From a virus, in IMG/VR virus record IMGVR_UViG_3300031963_000020, positions 32,001 to 96,000 of that record: DNA of 64,000 nucleotides, one strand, 5' to 3'. The position numbers were made by a program, and so were the translations under genes. The notes beneath the pieces are model-generated. The model saw only the letters and a list, made by a program, of their open reading frames with translations. It was not told the DNA's origin and did no database searches. Below, piece by piece: positions 61,601-64,000 of this stretch (position 1 is the first letter of the stretch; each line of letters begins with the position of its first letter).

Positions 61601-63167
61601 GGTATCATCATCTGGACAAGTAGACATCACAGCAACAACCAACTATTCAACATTTAGTTCCTCGTTGGCAACAGTTGATGCAGGACAAACTACTCGTATT
61701 GATAATCTAGCAAGTTTGACCAGTTCGTATGCAATTAACGCAACTATTCAAGGTCAACTTGCGGGAGTAGTTTCTTCTTCAACACAAGTTAAGCCACTTC
61801 TTCCTGGTGGAACAGTTAGTGCATCAAATCAAGTTGATATCACCGCAACTACGGGATACTCTACATTTAGTTCATCACTAGCAACAGTAGATGCAGGACA
61901 AACTACTCGTATTGACAACTTGGCGAGTTTGACCAGTTCGTATGCAATCAACGCAACAATACAAGGACAACTTGCTGGTGTTGTTTCTTCTTCAACACAA
62001 GTAAAACCATTACTTCCTGGTGGTACAGTAAGTGCTTCTGGTCAAGTAGACATTACAGCAACTACTGGATACTCTACATTTAGTTCATCACTAGCAACAG
62101 TAGATGCAGGACAAACTGCTCGTATTGATAATTTAGCAAGTCAAACAAGTTCCTACGCAATTAATGCAACTATTCAAGGGCAACTTGCTGGTGTTGTTTC
62201 TTCTTCAACACAAGTTAAGCCACTTCTTCCTGGTGGTACAGTAACCTCATCAGCACAATATCCTGGGTGGGTAACCGCATCAAGTCAAATTGACTATAAT
62301 AGTATTCAAAATAAGTTAAGTGGGGTAGTATCGTCATCAACACAAATTGTTCCGCTATTACCAGCAGGAACTATTAGTGCGTCATCACAAGTGGCATTAA
62401 ATGCTATTACTGGAGTTACTTTTAGTAATTCCTCATTCTATTTCCCAAATAATTTACGAGTTGAAGGAACATTAACCGCACAAGAAATTAATACAGAATA
62501 TGTTTCTTCATCGATTATTTATGAATCTGGTTCTACCAAATTTGGTGATACAGCTGACGATGTAATGAGTGTTACTGGTTCTATTCGTGTCTTGGGTGGA
62601 AATATTAGTGGGTCGTTTATTGGATTGGTTTCTTCATCGGCACAAATAGACTATAACTCTATACAAAATAAATTATCCGGTGTTGTTTCTTCATCAACAC
62701 AAGTTCAACCACTGCTTCCAGTTGGAACTGTTAGTAGTTCCGCACAATATCCAGGATGGGTAACTTCGTCAACACAAATTGTTTGGTCATCAGTAAACTA
62801 CAACGGAGGTATCGTCAGTAGTTCGGCACAAGTAAAACCATTACTTCCTGATGGAACCGTATCAAGTTCAGCACAATATCCTGGTTGGGTCACCGCATCA
62901 AGTCAGGTAACAATTACTGGTATATCAGGATTGGGTGCTAACGTAGCGACATTCTTGGGAACACCAAGTTCTGCAAATTTAGCAACAGCAGTCACAGATG
63001 AAACAGGTACGGGTGCGTTAGTATTTGCAGGAAGTCCAACATTAACTGGTACGGCTACTGCAAATAACATTGTAATGTCTGGGTCGCAATTCTCAGGAAT
63101 AGTATCAGGTAGTGGATTACAATATAGATTAGTGGTTCCAGTCGGAACTAACCAATACGCAACCTAA
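58659..63167 (+). CDS. Giant repeat-rich fibre/virion protein
   Basis: 1502 aa, TAATG-coupled to the previous gene; 71-aa repeats flank a unique central domain; shares modules with 52831..58659. Confidence 0.7.
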   Translation: MPIIAGQITGSALSGSLNYTFLSNIPSGIVSGAAQVAANLPAGTVSSSGQVDYNSITNKLSGVVSSSTQIQPLLPDGTVSASNQVDITATTNYSTFSSSLATVDAGQTTRIDNLASLTSSYAINATIQGQLAGVASSSAQVKAYLPADTVSSSGQVDITATSGYSTFSSSIATKNDTQDVSIGALNAATSSYAINATIQGQLAGVVSSSTQVKPLLPGGTVSSSAQYPGWVTASSQIDVRNTTGIATIATTGSNTFNGTQTVTGSLFTSGSNSLVGSTTLSGSLVVSGAAITSTPNIQIYGDTEFTGYAKFNPVTSNIDTSISASYIYVSGSTQDLYFSQNSAGYNNVTRLRWLESNLYTGLLKGGILTTTTGSTTFNISAGEGIVVTLNASTTQDPYPTIKLVRWDAKTNVPITFSGSAKITYVGLDVAGNVIQQVVPWGSTDINQFDTQINLGVILHSSASISTGAYNAPQISYGAPQKADDFFRSFGPLKVSGHTLQASGSSPSLSIKKTAGTSYREGSNYANNPNHPNTVTEESDITISKIYRYYISGSTPVIDTGASGSGYPTLDNQNRVDTATGLLTSIGLSNWSIQRVFWVPGSPTNAFIVYYGNTAYSTLLNAVNAINTEPFTEAPDTAANAVFIGYIVIQGGSNRDLLNATDCTIIQAGLFRNIAGVGSGGTQPVATTLAGLSDVGISSPAIGDLLVYTGATWNNTKSLNGSYSLTGSLATNDGITAITINATAVSASLSGSGAGVFGVNYNTLSNIPAGIVSSSTQVQPLLPGGTVSSSAQYPGWVTSSAQIDITATTGYSTFSSSLATVDAGQTTRIDNLASQTSSYAINSTIQSQLAGVVSSSTQVKPLLPDGTVSSSAQYPGWVTASSQIDYNNITNKLSGVVSSSAQVVPLLPGGTVSSSGQVSLTATSEYSTFSSSIATKNDLQDVSINALNAATGSYAINATIQGQLAGVVSSSAQVKPLLPGGTVSSSGQVDITATTNYSTFSSSLATVDAGQTTRIDNLASLTSSYAINATIQGQLAGVVSSSTQVKPLLPGGTVSASNQVDITATTGYSTFSSSLATVDAGQTTRIDNLASLTSSYAINATIQGQLAGVVSSSTQVKPLLPGGTVSASGQVDITATTGYSTFSSSLATVDAGQTARIDNLASQTSSYAINATIQGQLAGVVSSSTQVKPLLPGGTVTSSAQYPGWVTASSQIDYNSIQNKLSGVVSSSTQIVPLLPAGTISASSQVALNAITGVTFSNSSFYFPNNLRVEGTLTAQEINTEYVSSSIIYESGSTKFGDTADDVMSVTGSIRVLGGNISGSFIGLVSSSAQIDYNSIQNKLSGVVSSSTQVQPLLPVGTVSSSAQYPGWVTSSTQIVWSSVNYNGGIVSSSAQVKPLLPDGTVSSSAQYPGWVTASSQVTITGISGLGANVATFLGTPSSANLATAVTDETGTGALVFAGSPTLTGTATANNIVMSGSQFSGIVSGSGLQYRLVVPVGTNQYAT
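61407..62258 (+). repeat. Four tandem 213-nt (71-aa) coding repeats
   Basis: Units start at 61407, 61620, 61833 and 62046; further copies at 58911, 59124 and 61062. Confidence 0.9.
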
Positions 63168-63188
63168 TAAAAGTTGATATTTTATGGT

Positions 63189-63218
63189 AAAAAAGGCATC
63201 CAGACGGGTGCCTTTTTT
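63189..63218. terminator. Rho-independent terminator, possibly bidirectional
   Basis: AAAAAAGGCATCC-AGAC-GGGTGCCTTTTTT. Confidence 0.85.
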
Positions 63219-63240
63219 CGTTTATTCCGGTATAAAATGA

Positions 63241-63248
63241 TATTTATA
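63241..63248 (+). promoter_or_regulatory. Putative late promoter TATTTATA
   Basis: Just after a terminator, 40 nt before ATG 63281. Confidence 0.65.
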
Positions 63249-63280
63249 CGGGGGTGTATACACTTTAGTTTGAGTCTAAT

Positions 63281-64000
63281 ATGAGTTTATTAAAAGTCAA
63301 TAATATCGAACTTGCTACATCTGGTAGTACTAACGTTACATTTAATGACGACGTTACATTCGGTGCCGCAGTTAATATTTCTTCGGGATCTATCACAGCA
63401 AGTTTCGCTATTGCAAACGCATCTATCGAAAAAGAAAAACTAACAAATGACGCCAGAGACTTCGTAAATATTCTTAATAAACCAGCAGGTCTTATCAGTA
63501 GTTCTGGTCAGTTCGTTAGTGCAATTTCTGGTTCCTCTTTAGAACTTGGTGGTATATTAGCAACGGGTAGTATTAGAACAACGAGTGTATTTAGTGGTAG
63601 TGGTGCACAACTATTTGGAATTCCAAACGCAGCATTAAATAATAGTTCTATTACAATCAACGGTGGTGCAGTTTCACTCGGTGGAACTAGAACGCTTACC
63701 ACAAGTGATATTACAGAAGGAACAAATCAATATTATACTGACGCACGTGTAAAATCAAAATTAGATAGTGAAACCGTAGTCAGTAGTTCTGGTCAAATTA
63801 ATTATCAAGCTGTAACGGGGCAACCTACAGTTAATACGTTTGGTGGAGATGGTAATCAATCGTTTACTATTGTAAATGGTATTTTTATTAGTGCATCTGG
63901 TGGTGCAGATGGTATTATTGTCACAAACGATTCAGGTAACCAACTATTACGTTTTAGAACTGTTGGTGGAACAGTTTCGTCCTCCGCACAAGTAACAGCA
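63281..64000 (+). CDS. 5' part of another fibre-like protein (partial, runs off the window; not in the ORF track)
   Basis: MSLLKVNNIELATSGS...; contains GLISSSGQ, TSDITEGTNQYYTDARV, VVSSSGQINY; ATG lies 40 nt after TATTTATA. Confidence 0.75.
   Translation, partial: MSLLKVNNIELATSGSTNVTFNDDVTFGAAVNISSGSITASFAIANASIEKEKLTNDARDFVNILNKPAGLISSSGQFVSAISGSSLELGGILATGSIRTTSVFSGSGAQLFGIPNAALNNSSITINGGAVSLGGTRTLTTSDITEGTNQYYTDARVKSKLDSETVVSSSGQINYQAVTGQPTVNTFGGDGNQSFTIVNGIFISASGGADGIIVTNDSGNQLLRFRTVGGTVSSSAQVTA

Noticed and set aside
52999-62900. CRISPR array or diversity-generating retroelement suggested by the repeats
   Set aside because: The repeats are in-frame coding units that vary at synonymous sites; there is no repeat-spacer structure, adenine-specific variation or reverse transcriptase in the window.
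716-63702. Numerous minus-strand ORFs and short alternative-frame plus-strand ORFs in the track
   Set aside because: They overlap well-supported plus-strand genes, lack recognisable motifs and are expected shadows of biased codon use.
1-64000. Stop-codon reassignment, as seen in some jumbo phages
   Set aside because: The standard code gives full-length core genes at very high coding density, and TAG (4930, 32211) and TGA stops are followed directly by new starts.
1-64000. tRNA or other structured RNA genes
   Set aside because: Intergenic gaps are all under about 150 nt and show only terminator or leader hairpins; no cloverleaf was seen.

Overview
The window is a ~64 kb, AT-rich, almost fully coding segment of a large (probably jumbo) T4-like myovirus genome. 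Every credible gene is on the + strand and reads in the standard genetic code. In order it holds: baseplate genes (gp5-, gp25- and gp6-like plus several large virion proteins) with an embedded Pol-beta-type nucleotidyltransferase; a small DNA-metabolism island (resolvase-like nuclease, primase, fused Mre11-Rad50/SbcDC); and a 937-aa protein combining RNA-ligase-like and HxGH nucleotidyltransferase domains. Next come the terminase large subunit, a dense array of small proteins, portal, prohead protease, HExxH and HAD enzymes, a holin-like gene, ribosomal protein bS21, scaffold, major capsid protein, neck, sheath, tube and very large repeat/collagen-containing fibre proteins. The most notable candidate system is a set of unrelated small proteins and enzymes that share an N-terminal M-(I)-(K/R)-L-x-(D/E)-(L/I)-(L/I)-x-E leader and L/I/V-x-E junctions. 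This resembles a capsid-targeting and protease-maturation code for a large packaged cargo, which may include RNA-repair-like enzymes. A TATTTATA element recurs 30-40 nt upstream of late transcription units. All functional calls come from motif recognition only; no database search was run.
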